A stretch of 62,819 nt of DNA, from IMG/VR virus record IMGVR_UViG_3300025162_000007, positions 1-62,819 of that record; one strand, written 5' to 3'. The stretch comes from a virus. Lineage: Duplodnaviria; Caudoviricetes. Each line of letters starts with the position of its first letter. Position 1 is the stretch's first letter. Shown piece by piece: positions 17,777-27,800 of this stretch. The notes beneath the pieces were generated by a model, which was not told where the DNA came from, ran no database searches, and was given only the letters and a program-made list of their open reading frames with translations. The position numbers were made by a program, and so were the translations under genes.

Positions 17777-18645
17777 TATACTCTCCTCTTGATACATATA
17801 TTATCTATACTTTTATATAACTTTCTATACTCGCCTAGTCTTTGTCGCATCTTTGCTAATGCTTGCATCATGCATGCATATCTTCTTCTAATCTTTTTAT
17901 CCTTAGCTACTGGATGAGTACTTAAAAATACTTCTATCTCGTGTACTGCTTTACACATATTAGCTACTGCTTCTTTTACTTCTGTGTTTCTTTTTAGAGG
18001 ACTTATTTTGTTTCTGTTTGCCTTGCTTTGAAAATGTGTTAAAAAAAAATCTACTTCATGAGTTAGTATACGTCTACCAAACTCTGCTAATAGAAGTGAA
18101 TCAACACGTCCATCTTTAAGTCCACCTTTAGGGCCTGTAAAATACTTTATCATTGATGGAAATAACTCTACTGCTTTATCTAAGTAAACATGTTTACCTT
18201 TTTCTTTTCTATCCTTTCCACACATTCCATTAACCCAGGATTGTGGAGTTATAAAAAAAGTGTCCACTAACATATCATGTTCCTTAGCCAGTAACTTAAC
18301 TTCATCAGCTAGACATTCTAAATATCCAAACGTTCTACCAAAACTAAACATACTACATACACCTTGCTTTGGCATTGCATGTACTTCTTCTATAAAGATA
18401 TAAGTAGGATACTTATAATTTATAAAGGTATTCTCACATATCCAAAGAGTTAACTCCTCACCATCTATTATTCCAGAGCGTTGACCTAGTGGGATATCTA
18501 ATATGTTTGCTGCTATTACCCTACCTTCTCTTACATTAAGTACTGATACTGCACCATACTTTCCTACGTCTATTCCTACTACATTAAAAGTAGTAATAGG
18601 AACTTTATTAACTTGTGTTTGTTTAGGCATTCCTGCTTTCATCAT
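17776..18645 (-). CDS. RuvC-like Holliday junction resolvase with C-terminal extension
   Basis: VGIDVG, FIEEVHAMPKQGVCSMFSFG, TPQSW, DGRVDSLLLA. Confidence 0.88.
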   Translation of the reverse strand: MMKAGMPKQTQVNKVPITTFNVVGIDVGKYGAVSVLNVREGRVIAANILDIPLGQRSGIIDGEELTLWICENTFINYKYPTYIFIEEVHAMPKQGVCSMFSFGRTFGYLECLADEVKLLAKEHDMLVDTFFITPQSWVNGMCGKDRKEKGKHVYLDKAVELFPSMIKYFTGPKGGLKDGRVDSLLLAEFGRRILTHEVDFFLTHFQSKANRNKISPLKRNTEVKEAVANMCKAVHEIEVFLSTHPVAKDKKIRRRYACMMQALAKMRQRLGEYRKLYKSIDNICIKRRV

Positions 18646-19406
18646 GATAAGTAATACTCCAATATATATTCTATTCTATCTTCATCTAAAGGTGGTAGAC
18701 ATTTTTCATTAGCACACTTAACAAACTCCTCTATAAATATTCTATTCATTCCATACTCTCTTAAGTGGGTAATAAGTTTAAACATATTAAGTTCTCTTTC
18801 TCCAGCACCATACCCCATAAATGATTGATATACTATTGGGTCATCAAATACTTTATTGTAATCAACTTCACCATTAGTATACGGTGTAAGCTCTCGCTCT
18901 ACTATAGGTAAACTATCTAGAGGTACTCCTTCTACTTGTTGTATTAATACTTTAGCTTTACCAGTATCGTGGTGTATTGTTCCTTCTAATCTAAACACTC
19001 TACCTACTTGATACAAACTCATATCAGCTTTAGAAGCATATTGTTCCATCCACTTCTTATCACTATGTGGTAGATGTACTGACGCTACTGGAACTCTATC
19101 TATATGAAAGTGTATACTTCGTCCACCACTATTATACACTTTAAATCCTACCTTCATATCTACTAATGTGTCAAAGAAATCTCTAGCAGCTTCAAGTTGA
19201 TTATCAAAATCAACTAATAACTTATCAGTATAACATACTGGGTTTGTTTTAGAAAATCCTTTAGTACATCCGTGTTTAGTAAAGTAGTTAAGTAAACTTT
19301 CATCATACTGATATACTGTACAGAAGCCTGTATCTGGAACCTTGTCTATAGTAGTTACTTTAATTGGTGCTTCATAGATATGTTTGCACCCTACATATTT
19401 ATACAC
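18642..19406 (-). CDS. AEP-superfamily primase (PrimPol-like) with PriCT-like C-terminus
   Basis: LLVDFD, SGGRSIHFH, RVFRLEGTIH; GERELNMF...N..CLPPL. Confidence 0.82.
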   Translation of the reverse strand: MYKYVGCKHIYEAPIKVTTIDKVPDTGFCTVYQYDESLLNYFTKHGCTKGFSKTNPVCYTDKLLVDFDNQLEAARDFFDTLVDMKVGFKVYNSGGRSIHFHIDRVPVASVHLPHSDKKWMEQYASKADMSLYQVGRVFRLEGTIHHDTGKAKVLIQQVEGVPLDSLPIVERELTPYTNGEVDYNKVFDDPIVYQSFMGYGAGERELNMFKLITHLREYGMNRIFIEEFVKCANEKCLPPLDEDRIEYILEYYLS

Positions 19407-21322
19407 TATTTAAGCTCCGAGAAGTTACTTACTATCTTATAGTCATAATCAAGTGGTGCTAGTAAATTAAGTTTGTTATTAAATTTTTTAAACACATCAG
19501 CTAAACAAGCAAGATATGCTTCTATATCTTCATCTTTAACTGCAGTAATATTCTCATCATGAAAGTCTATTATAGTTGGTAGATATTTAATCCTCTGTTT
19601 CTTCAGTTCAGCATCAAGCATTAGGTTAAGCTGCATTAAAGTATCATGTGCACTTGACTGAACAAAACGATTAAGTATGTCTTTACTAAATGCCATAGTA
19701 ATAGGACGCTGCCACATGTTCTGTATGTAACCTTGCTTAGCATATAATGTTAGTAATCTATTCTCTAGATTTTTACTAGCTTGTCTTGCTCCCCAATATG
19801 CATTATATATACGCCTAGCTTCATTAAGTGGTATGTTAAGTATCAGTGCTACTTTGTTTGGTTGAGCACCATACCCCATAGCAAGTCTTATTTTCTTTAA
19901 CATATCACGTTCAGTATGAAGTCTCTTCTTACTTCCATCTAAATCGTTTGGGTTATATAGGTATACCTTATCAGGGTATATATATTTAAGTAACTCTAAA
20001 TAGATGTCCTTACCTGTTGTTACTATCTCAGCCAACTCCTTATCCCTTGCAAAGTGTGCTTCAATACGTGGTTCAATGTTAGATAAATCCCACTGTACAA
20101 ACTTGTATCCGTCGGGTGCACAGAAGCAACGCATAAGTCGCTTATCACGACGATTAACAGCGAGGATGTTAGGCTTAAAGCAAGTAAGCCTACCACTGGC
20201 TGTGCCACATATATCCATGTCGGGGTGGTACCTTCCATTAATAGTTGCCTCCATATACTGAGTAATAAATCTACTATCTGTCTGTGTTTTATTTAGTTTA
20301 ACTAATACATCTATAACTGGGTTAACTTTACTATACTTATTTAAAGTATGCTTATCTGTTTTAGTTTTACCAGAGCCAGTAAGTTCAGTAACATTTATAT
20401 CTAACTCTTCAAGTAAGTCTGCCATATGTTGACGTGAGTTTAGATTAAACTTTGTCTTTCTATCAGCATCAGCTAGAAATTTATTCTTACCTTTCTCTGA
20501 TTTAAATGTATTAGCTTTCTTCATAGTATGCTTATTTTCTATAATACTGATTTCTACTTTAGCTAATTTATATATTTTTTTATTGAGATAGTTCGTGTAC
20601 CTTTCCAATAACCTTTTATAACTTTCAGCTTTTTTGCTATTAAATAATATTCCTTCTTGATATTGTTTGTTAAGAAGGGATTGGTAATCAAATAAATTAT
20701 GCATGAAGTCATATGCTTTTAAGTCCTCTATCTTTGGTTTTTGTATTGAGTATATTTCATATGTTGTTTTACAATCCTTTATACAGTACTCAGCTAATAC
20801 TTTAGTTTCAGCTTTATAGTGTTCTCCATCTTTAGCACTGGCTCCTATAGAAGCAAGATATGCTTCAAAGCCCCCTTTGTGTGACTCTTTATTTAAGTAA
20901 GACTCTATAGCCTTGTCTAAGCTATATGCACTAGTTTCTTTATAGCCCTCAGGACTTAGTAGTTGCCAAGCAATACGAGTATCCCAGTAAGGAGTAATAC
21001 TACTCCCACAATAGTTTAACCACCCTATATCAAATGAGCTGTTGTGACATATTACTTTACTGTTATCTAGAAACATTCTTACTTCTAGTAGTAATTCTGG
21101 CTCGCCAATACGTACAATAGTATCATCTACTGGAACATACTCATTAACAGGAACATAGATACCAACATCAGTTTTAGGTAAGTAGATACCTATCCCCATA
21201 ATAGCTGTATTGTCTGATGATGAAAAGTATTTATTACCTTTAGTTTCTATATCAAGGACTACTATGTCCTCGCCACTAGTAAGTGACTTAAAGTTTTCTA
21301 GAGTTGTACAGAGCATTACCAC
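19406..21322 (-). CDS. polA: family A DNA polymerase with 3'-5' exonuclease
   Basis: LDIET, HNSSFD, YCIKD, GTASGRL, DLSNIEPR (motif A), KKIRLAMGYG (motif B), HDE (motif C). Confidence 0.95.
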   Translation of the reverse strand: MVMLCTTLENFKSLTSGEDIVVLDIETKGNKYFSSSDNTAIMGIGIYLPKTDVGIYVPVNEYVPVDDTIVRIGEPELLLEVRMFLDNSKVICHNSSFDIGWLNYCGSSITPYWDTRIAWQLLSPEGYKETSAYSLDKAIESYLNKESHKGGFEAYLASIGASAKDGEHYKAETKVLAEYCIKDCKTTYEIYSIQKPKIEDLKAYDFMHNLFDYQSLLNKQYQEGILFNSKKAESYKRLLERYTNYLNKKIYKLAKVEISIIENKHTMKKANTFKSEKGKNKFLADADRKTKFNLNSRQHMADLLEELDINVTELTGSGKTKTDKHTLNKYSKVNPVIDVLVKLNKTQTDSRFITQYMEATINGRYHPDMDICGTASGRLTCFKPNILAVNRRDKRLMRCFCAPDGYKFVQWDLSNIEPRIEAHFARDKELAEIVTTGKDIYLELLKYIYPDKVYLYNPNDLDGSKKRLHTERDMLKKIRLAMGYGAQPNKVALILNIPLNEARRIYNAYWGARQASKNLENRLLTLYAKQGYIQNMWQRPITMAFSKDILNRFVQSSAHDTLMQLNLMLDAELKKQRIKYLPTIIDFHDENITAVKDEDIEAYLACLADVFKKFNNKLNLLAPLDYDYKIVSNFSELK

Positions 21323-21813
21323 ATCCCTTTAGGGGTTGTTGTCTTTTGCAGTAACGCTTGCTTCTCCTTAAATCTATTTAATATATCTGTACCATTTGTG
21401 TGTGGTGCTACTGGTACCATTCTAGCTGATACTTGTACAAAGTCATCTTTAAACTGTGTTCTTATACGCATCTTTAATCCTACTATAACTTCAAGTAAAG
21501 CATTAATGTTCATTCCTATTTCTTTTATTTCAAACTTATTAAACCCAAGTATCTGTAGTAGGAACTTAAATCTAGACGCACCTGTTGAAGATAAGTATGG
21601 ATTATAAAAGTCCATTATCTTTTTACCTTTCCAATCACCATCAAGTATAACATAAGTTAAACAGATAGTACGTGCATCTTTCTTACTTCCTATCTGTAGA
21701 TGTTCTATCATTACATTATAAAAACCGTCGGGTAGTTTTAATTTAGGTGCGTACTCTGGTGCATCTGTGTCGTCAAATAGTATTGGTTCTAAAACTGTAA
21801 TTGGTTCAACCAT
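21316..21813 (-). CDS. DUF669-like ssDNA-binding protein
   Basis: LPDGFYNVMI...ILDGDWKGKKI; adjacent to Sak4-like AAA. Confidence 0.7.
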   Translation of the reverse strand: MVEPITVLEPILFDDTDAPEYAPKLKLPDGFYNVMIEHLQIGSKKDARTICLTYVILDGDWKGKKIMDFYNPYLSSTGASRFKFLLQILGFNKFEIKEIGMNINALLEVIVGLKMRIRTQFKDDFVQVSARMVPVAPHTNGTDILNRFKEKQALLQKTTTPKGMW

Positions 21814-22547
21814 TATTCACCTGCCTTTTTATTAGTATAGTTAAATCCCATTAGTTGCAGTAAGTATGATAAATTAACATGCTCTGGTGTCTCAAGTATT
21901 AGTGGAATATTTTCTCCATTAGGTACTCTAAGTTTACAAGCGTACTCGCCATTATTATGTAAAAGTAATTTACGACTACCATCTTCATAACTCTTAAGTG
22001 CAACTGTACCATCTGCCCAGTTACGTATGCTTTCTTCAAACATATTACCGTCTACTTTAGGTACTAGTATTCCTTTAGCTACCTTATCATTACTTTGTTT
22101 CATAAGTGCTGTAAAGAATATATGTTTATCTAATTCTTTAAGCTGTAGAAATATATCTCTAAGTGCTTCTCCATGCTCACGAAACAAATCCCAAATGTTT
22201 GCTTGTCGTCTATCAGGGTAGTTTTTTTCCCAAAACTTTAGTGACATACTTGATAGCCCAGTAAGTGAGTCAAAGAATATGAACTCTTTATCTTTATACT
22301 TAGCTGACTTTAATTCTTTTACTAACTCTGCAAAATCACCTACAGTTTCTATATCTAGAATAGTTATTCCTGGACTATTACTTAGTACTATGTCTCCATC
22401 TTCATACCCTGCTGTGTTGATGTACAGCACCTTGTTTAAGTCTGGCAACGTCTTACATAGACTAGTTTTTCCACTTCCAGCTTCCCCCATTATAACTACA
22501 CGGGCAAACTTTTGTTTTGTGTCTTCACTCTTTCTTGTCTTAATCAT
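21813..22547 (-). CDS. Sak4-like AAA ATPase (single-strand annealing)
   Basis: GEAGSGKT Walker A, FFDSLT Walker B, C-terminal CKLR. Confidence 0.85.
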   Translation of the reverse strand: MIKTRKSEDTKQKFARVVIMGEAGSGKTSLCKTLPDLNKVLYINTAGYEDGDIVLSNSPGITILDIETVGDFAELVKELKSAKYKDKEFIFFDSLTGLSSMSLKFWEKNYPDRRQANIWDLFREHGEALRDIFLQLKELDKHIFFTALMKQSNDKVAKGILVPKVDGNMFEESIRNWADGTVALKSYEDGSRKLLLHNNGEYACKLRVPNGENIPLILETPEHVNLSYLLQLMGFNYTNKKAGE

Positions 22548-22557
22548 TTAAACTCCT

Positions 22558-23526
22558 CTATATTTTTCTGCTTTCTGTAAGGAAAGCATTATAGCTAATT
22601 AACTCTTTATCATAACTATCACATAATGCTGAGTACTCACAGTACTTACAAGGTGAATATTTACACTTACCATATAACTCTATATCTTCAGGTCGAGGTG
22701 GAAGGGTGTCTCCTATACTACATTCTATTATCATCTTATAGTAGTCATCAATACCAGCACAAGTAAGAGGAGTTTTAGTTGCTTCACCTGCTGCGTTACT
22801 TATCCATATATACCCGTCTTCTAGTCCTACAACACTATACTCATGTACAGCACAAGGTATTTTTTTATATGTACCTTTAGGAAAATCTCTATACTCTATA
22901 TTAGGAAACCGTTTACTTTTAGGGAAAGCATTTATACCAAACTTAAACTCTCCATAATTAGCATAACTACCATATAGTAAGTATGTATCAATGTTTCCCA
23001 TTGCCATTCTGTACTTATATGCCTGACATATAGCATATAGAAATGGGTACTTACTACTATTCTCAGCTTTATCTTCTGAGATAGTAGCCTTATCTTCTAT
23101 AAGATACTTTTTACCTGTATCTAAAGTAACAACTATATCAGGTCGTCCTGTCCACTTAACTCCATCTATATCACCTTCAAGGCTGGTGTCATGTAGTACC
23201 ATCTTAGGACTAGCTATTGAGTAGTAGCGTGGGGCATCCCATACTTCTATCTTAACTACTTTAGGGTTAGCCTCAAGTAGGTTAAGTATATTAACCTCAT
23301 GTCCAAAGCCAGCTACAAAGTTAAGATATGTATTATAGTCTGTACGCTTCTGGAAGCCCTTATAACGAAGGAGAGCCTTTCTAGGGCAAACCCCATATAC
23401 CTTGCCTGTTTCTTTTACATAGCAGCCTACAGAGCCTCCACGAAGTACTCCTAGACGCTCTTGCTCTTTCTTATCTGTATCATCTTGTAGTACCTCAAAT
23501 CCTTGTTTAAGCAATTCAACTATCAT
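22558..23526 (-). CDS. Cas4/RecB-like PD-(D/E)XK exonuclease
   Basis: CPRK, GRPD...IEDK, QAYKY, C-terminal CKYSPCKYCEYSALC. Confidence 0.8.
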   Translation of the reverse strand: MIVELLKQGFEVLQDDTDKKEQERLGVLRGGSVGCYVKETGKVYGVCPRKALLRYKGFQKRTDYNTYLNFVAGFGHEVNILNLLEANPKVVKIEVWDAPRYYSIASPKMVLHDTSLEGDIDGVKWTGRPDIVVTLDTGKKYLIEDKATISEDKAENSSKYPFLYAICQAYKYRMAMGNIDTYLLYGSYANYGEFKFGINAFPKSKRFPNIEYRDFPKGTYKKIPCAVHEYSVVGLEDGYIWISNAAGEATKTPLTCAGIDDYYKMIIECSIGDTLPPRPEDIELYGKCKYSPCKYCEYSALCDSYDKELISYNAFLTESRKI

Positions 23527-24032
23527 TTATTACTCCTATTTATAAAATACTTAATCATACTACGTATTTCTGTCATTACTCGATGAGGATAGTTGTCTGC
23601 ATAATTATGTTGTCTTGCATATTCAGTTAACCTTATTCCATCTACATATCTAGCTTTAAGTATGGCCAGCATATATGGCTTAAGCTTTATCTTTAGTACC
23701 GCCTCAGGGCGTTTGCCCATATTCCACCAGTATAAGTCTTGATATATCTGCTCCTCTATAACAGTATTATCAATTAAGTGTTCCAACTCTTCCTTTTGTA
23801 TACGCCCCTTAAGGTTCGAGTTATCTTCTCTAAGCTTTGTATATGGCTTGTTTGTATTCTCACACAGTGGAAGTACCTCATTCACTGGGTATTCTACTGT
23901 CTGGTCGTACACTAGATGTATATTCTCAAGCCACCATACTACAGCCTTTTCATTTTTGAGAATGTCTTTTTGTAAACTCTCAGCTATTCGCTTCCAGTTC
24001 TTGTATTCACGAGTTTTAAAGTTTCCTTTCAT
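23523..24032 (-). CDS. putative transcription regulator (C-terminal sigma-region-4-like HTH)
   Basis: LKPYMLAILKARYVDGIRLTEYARQHNY pattern. Confidence 0.55.
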   Translation of the reverse strand: MKGNFKTREYKNWKRIAESLQKDILKNEKAVVWWLENIHLVYDQTVEYPVNEVLPLCENTNKPYTKLREDNSNLKGRIQKEELEHLIDNTVIEEQIYQDLYWWNMGKRPEAVLKIKLKPYMLAILKARYVDGIRLTEYARQHNYADNYPHRVMTEIRSMIKYFINRSNK

Positions 24033-24041
24033 CTTGTGTCT

Positions 24042-24070
24042 ATATTAACACATCTCAGAAAGTTTGTCAA
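24042..24070 (-). promoter_or_regulatory. sigma70-type promoter of the replication block
   Basis: On - strand: ccc-TTGACA-17 nt (ending TGT)-TAATAT; ATG only 9 nt downstream of the -10. Confidence 0.8.
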
Positions 24071-24077
24071 GGGGATG

Positions 24078-24650
24078 TTAGAATCCGCCAGTAAGCCCTA
24101 TTAGAGCAGTTGTTCTTTGTTGAGTGATATTATATAATAATCCTGGTGTTACGCCCAACCCGTTTGTTACCATACCAGTAACAGTTGCACCTACATTATT
24201 ATCACCTTTAGTTTCTCCGACTTTGGGTAAGGTGTACCCATACATAGCTGTTATAAATAACCTCTTAGGGTTTATCTCTGCCTTCTTATATTCATCTATT
24301 TGTTTTTTAAGAGCTTCTTGAATTTTGCTATCCACATCTGTCTGAGTATATAGTTTTGTATCCGAGCTACCAGAACTACCACCTTCTGAGGAACAGTCAA
24401 TATCTTTACTACCATTAACATATACATGTGTCTTACATCTATTTTTATAATATTTTTTATAACTAGCAACTTGCTCCATAGCTGTTTTAGTTGTAGCTTT
24501 AAGTTCTGTAATTGTAGTTTCATTTATCTTCTCCTGTTTCTTATAAGTTTCTATTTTGCTATATCCAAAGAATATAATAAGTAGAGAGCCTATTATTATA
24601 CCTGCTCCTAGCCAAGCATACTTATTATCTTTCAGTGTTGCCAGCTTCAT
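24078..24650 (-). CDS. spanin-like protein: N-terminal TM helix, coiled coil, C-terminal beta-strands ending in Phe
   Basis: GGAGG SD before ATG 24650; AWLGAGIIIGSLLIIFFGY TM; overlaps the holin gene. Confidence 0.6.
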   Translation of the reverse strand: MKLATLKDNKYAWLGAGIIIGSLLIIFFGYSKIETYKKQEKINETTITELKATTKTAMEQVASYKKYYKNRCKTHVYVNGSKDIDCSSEGGSSGSSDTKLYTQTDVDSKIQEALKKQIDEYKKAEINPKRLFITAMYGYTLPKVGETKGDNNVGATVTGMVTNGLGVTPGLLYNITQQRTTALIGLTGGF

Positions 24651-24840
24651 TATATCCTCCTTCTCTTCCAAAAGCTTTTCTTCCAGCATGATAAGCTGTT
24701 GGTGTTAGAAACATTCCACACAGTATTCCAAGTCCAGTTAACTCAGCATCTCTAAACATTCCTATAAAAGCTAATATAGCTGCTACTATAAATCCAGCAT
24801 ATGCCAATCTTTTTGTTGTGTTATAATTTGTCTTATTCAT
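24625..24840 (-). CDS. putative holin (2 TM)
   Basis: LAYAGFIVAAILAFIGMF and LTGLGILCGMFLTPTAY; charged C-terminus. Confidence 0.7.
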   Translation of the reverse strand: MNKTNYNTTKRLAYAGFIVAAILAFIGMFRDAELTGLGILCGMFLTPTAYHAGRKAFGREGGYNEAGNTER

Positions 24841-27800
24841 TATTTTTTACCACCACCAAATAGTTTAGCTAGACTTCCTACTGCTGAGTCTTGATATATT
24901 TTTGCTGGTTGTCCTTTAGTAACTAAAGGTATACCAGTTATTACTTGTCTATTTTTTCCTTGTTTACCTATACCAAATGTTCTTTCAACACTTTTAGTCA
25001 TTGCAGGAATTGGAGTAAACATTTCATTTAACTTAGAGAATGATGGACTAGTTGCATAACTTAATACTGGAGATTCATATTTGCCTGATATACTCGCTAG
25101 TGGGTGCCAATCAGATATGTCCATACCTAGTGCTCTTGCTGCTGCTATTGCAAAAGCACCATATGCTATATCCTTAGCTACTGCTTCTGCTGCTGCAGCT
25201 TTATTATTTCCACTAAATAAGTTCTTAGCATATCTAGTTTCTCTAGTCATAATTTCTGTAGGCCATTTTGTAAACATCATAGCCATGCGAGTAAGTCTAT
25301 CTTTACGTTGTAGTCCTGAGCCAGCTAAACTATCATATACAAACTGAGAGTTATTGGTCATCTTTCTAGCAAATTCTTCTGCAAATTGTGATGCTGCTTC
25401 TGGTGTTCCTTTAGCCAATATCTTTAGTAAGTATTGACGTTCTGGTTGCTCCAAATATACTGGGTTCAGTAATCCTTTAAGTAATGTAGTAGAGTTAGGA
25501 GACTCTAGTACTTTCTTAGCTGCAAGTTCTGAGTATGCAAAGGTTAAGTATCTTTGTATTCTATCACTTGCTTCCCAAAAATGCATGCCTACTCTATCAA
25601 GTTTTAATTTACCTTTATATATCTTATCAAATGTTGAACCTTCTTTAAACGGGCCTCTAAATACCATGCCTGTCTCACTAAGTAGATGTGGTGCATGTAG
25701 TAGCATTCCTTGCATTCTTTCTCTAAACTCTGGTTTAGCAAATTGAAGTAGTGCTTCCATTCTTAATTGGGGTTGCCACAACAGAGGTACTTTAATACCT
25801 GGTGTTGATAGAAAAGCATACTGACTCATGTTACGTAGTATAGGAGTAACCTTCCAGCCCATTAAGTTAGAGTATATTTGAGACATACTAGAATCAATTA
25901 CGTTATCTATTGTAGCATCTGGATTAAATTGCCCACCAAACCAAGTACGTAGTTTACCAAGTACTCCTCTTTTAGCAGCTTCATCTTGTGGTATCATTCT
26001 TTGTATAAATCCAGCTAAACGATTCTTACCAGCAAGAGTTACAGGTTCAGTATTAATACCAATGTTGTCACCAAGCCACTTTAAAAAGTATTTACCAGCA
26101 TCAGATTTAATTGTAGGCATATACTCTTTAGTATACTGTTCAACCATGTCTCCAAAGTATCCTTCTGCCTTACCATTAGTTACACTCATTAATCCATCTT
26201 CACTTACTTTAGCAATATGTCGTAAGTCAGCAACTTGTGCTGTCTTATTTAAATGTTCTAAATCCCTTTGGAACTTTTCATCTTGAAGTAATGCTACTTT
26301 CTTACTATCTACTGCACTATTTTTAATTTTCTTTAGTTGTTTTTCTACTCTATTAAAATAAGTTTCACCCTTACTTACCCCAACTTCTTCATAGCTTCCT
26401 TTTAATAGTTTAGTATGTTCTAATATATTTTCTATATCTTTTATAGAAGAATTAATTAACTTACGAGTACTTCCTCTACTTACTTCTATAGTATTACCAC
26501 TTACTAAACTTTGTAATACTGAACTTCCTTTTGCTACTTGTCCTGATTCTATAAGTTTCTGAGCACCAGATAAATTACGTATTACTTCTTGTCTAACTTC
26601 TTCTGGTATACTTCCTTCACCAAAGTTAGGTGGGAGTATTACCTTTTCTCCTCTAGCTAACTCCTTCTCTGCTCTAAATACTTCTCCTATTGCATCTATC
26701 TTACCAACAAGATTTTCAGTTGACTCTATAACTTTCCCTGACATTATAGGCTTTGCATCAACAAATACTTTACGAATTTTTCTCATAAAGTCATGCCCTT
26801 TCTCAAATAAAGTATCTAACATAGAGTTATCTACTGCACTTAAAGGCTCTCCAGTTGCTCTAGCAACATCAGCAAAATGTTTTTTTATAGCTGCAGCTAA
26901 ATCATCTGTTGTTTTTATCTGTATATTTCCAGCTTCATGCCCCTTCATAGTATCAAATAAAGCTGTAGATAATTTTTGTTTCCAACTAACTAGTGCTTCA
27001 TCTTTTAGTATAGGAGACTTTTCTACTATTTTTAAAGCATCAAGCATTGCTCTATTAGCATCACTCATATGCATAAAACCAGCATGTGAACGTATGTATT
27101 TAAACAGTGATTCATTAAAATCTCTAACTGTTTGTTCTGGTAGTAGCCCCCAAGCTCCTCTTGCTAACTGATGTCGTGGGGCTTCTGTAGATTTTTGTAG
27201 TATACCACTAGGATTATTTATATCTAGCCCAACATCCTTAATAGCCCTTTCCATAAATTCTGCTTTAGGAATAATAGGCATGTAACTTTCTTCATATGGC
27301 ATAGGAGTAAAGTTAGTTACCTTAGTTTTAGTTAGCCCGTAGCCTTCAACTGTTGGTGTGTCTAATGATTGAGTCAGTGTTTTATAGAAATCATCTTTAT
27401 TTCCAAGTATGGCTTTTAATACATCTGGATTTTGTTCTGCTTGACTAACCATATTAGTTAAGTTAGTTTTTAGCATAGCCTTAATTTCATCTGGAGCCAT
27501 GGATTTATCTATAGTATCAGTAGTATTAGCAGCTATTTTACCAAGAACTTTATTACCTTCAGATATATATGTATCATCAAGTATTCCTCTAATGTTTTTT
27601 ATTCTACTTGCTGCATCTGTAGGATTTTTAAATCTAGCTACATATCCTTTTACTTCTGCTGCATGTTCTGGAGCAATAGGTATAATTTTACCTTTCTCAT
27701 CTACTTTAGCTTTGCTCATTAATTCATAAAGTTGAGCTGAATCTAGTTCCTTTAATAACGGTGCTGCTTCTTTTGACAACTGTGTTTCAAGTTTAACTGC

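Noticed and set aside
19406-21322. 2-aminoadenine (Z) or 7-deazaguanine modified genome
   Set aside because: No purZ, datZ, mazZ, dpdA, folE or queC/D/E homolog was recognised
22558-23526. Cas4-like gene as part of a CRISPR-Cas system
   Set aside because: No repeat-spacer array or other cas genes; it sits in the usual nuclease-Sak4-SSB recombination module
24296-24523. Nested ORF as Rz1-like o-spanin
   Set aside because: It has no Cys/lipobox or signal peptide
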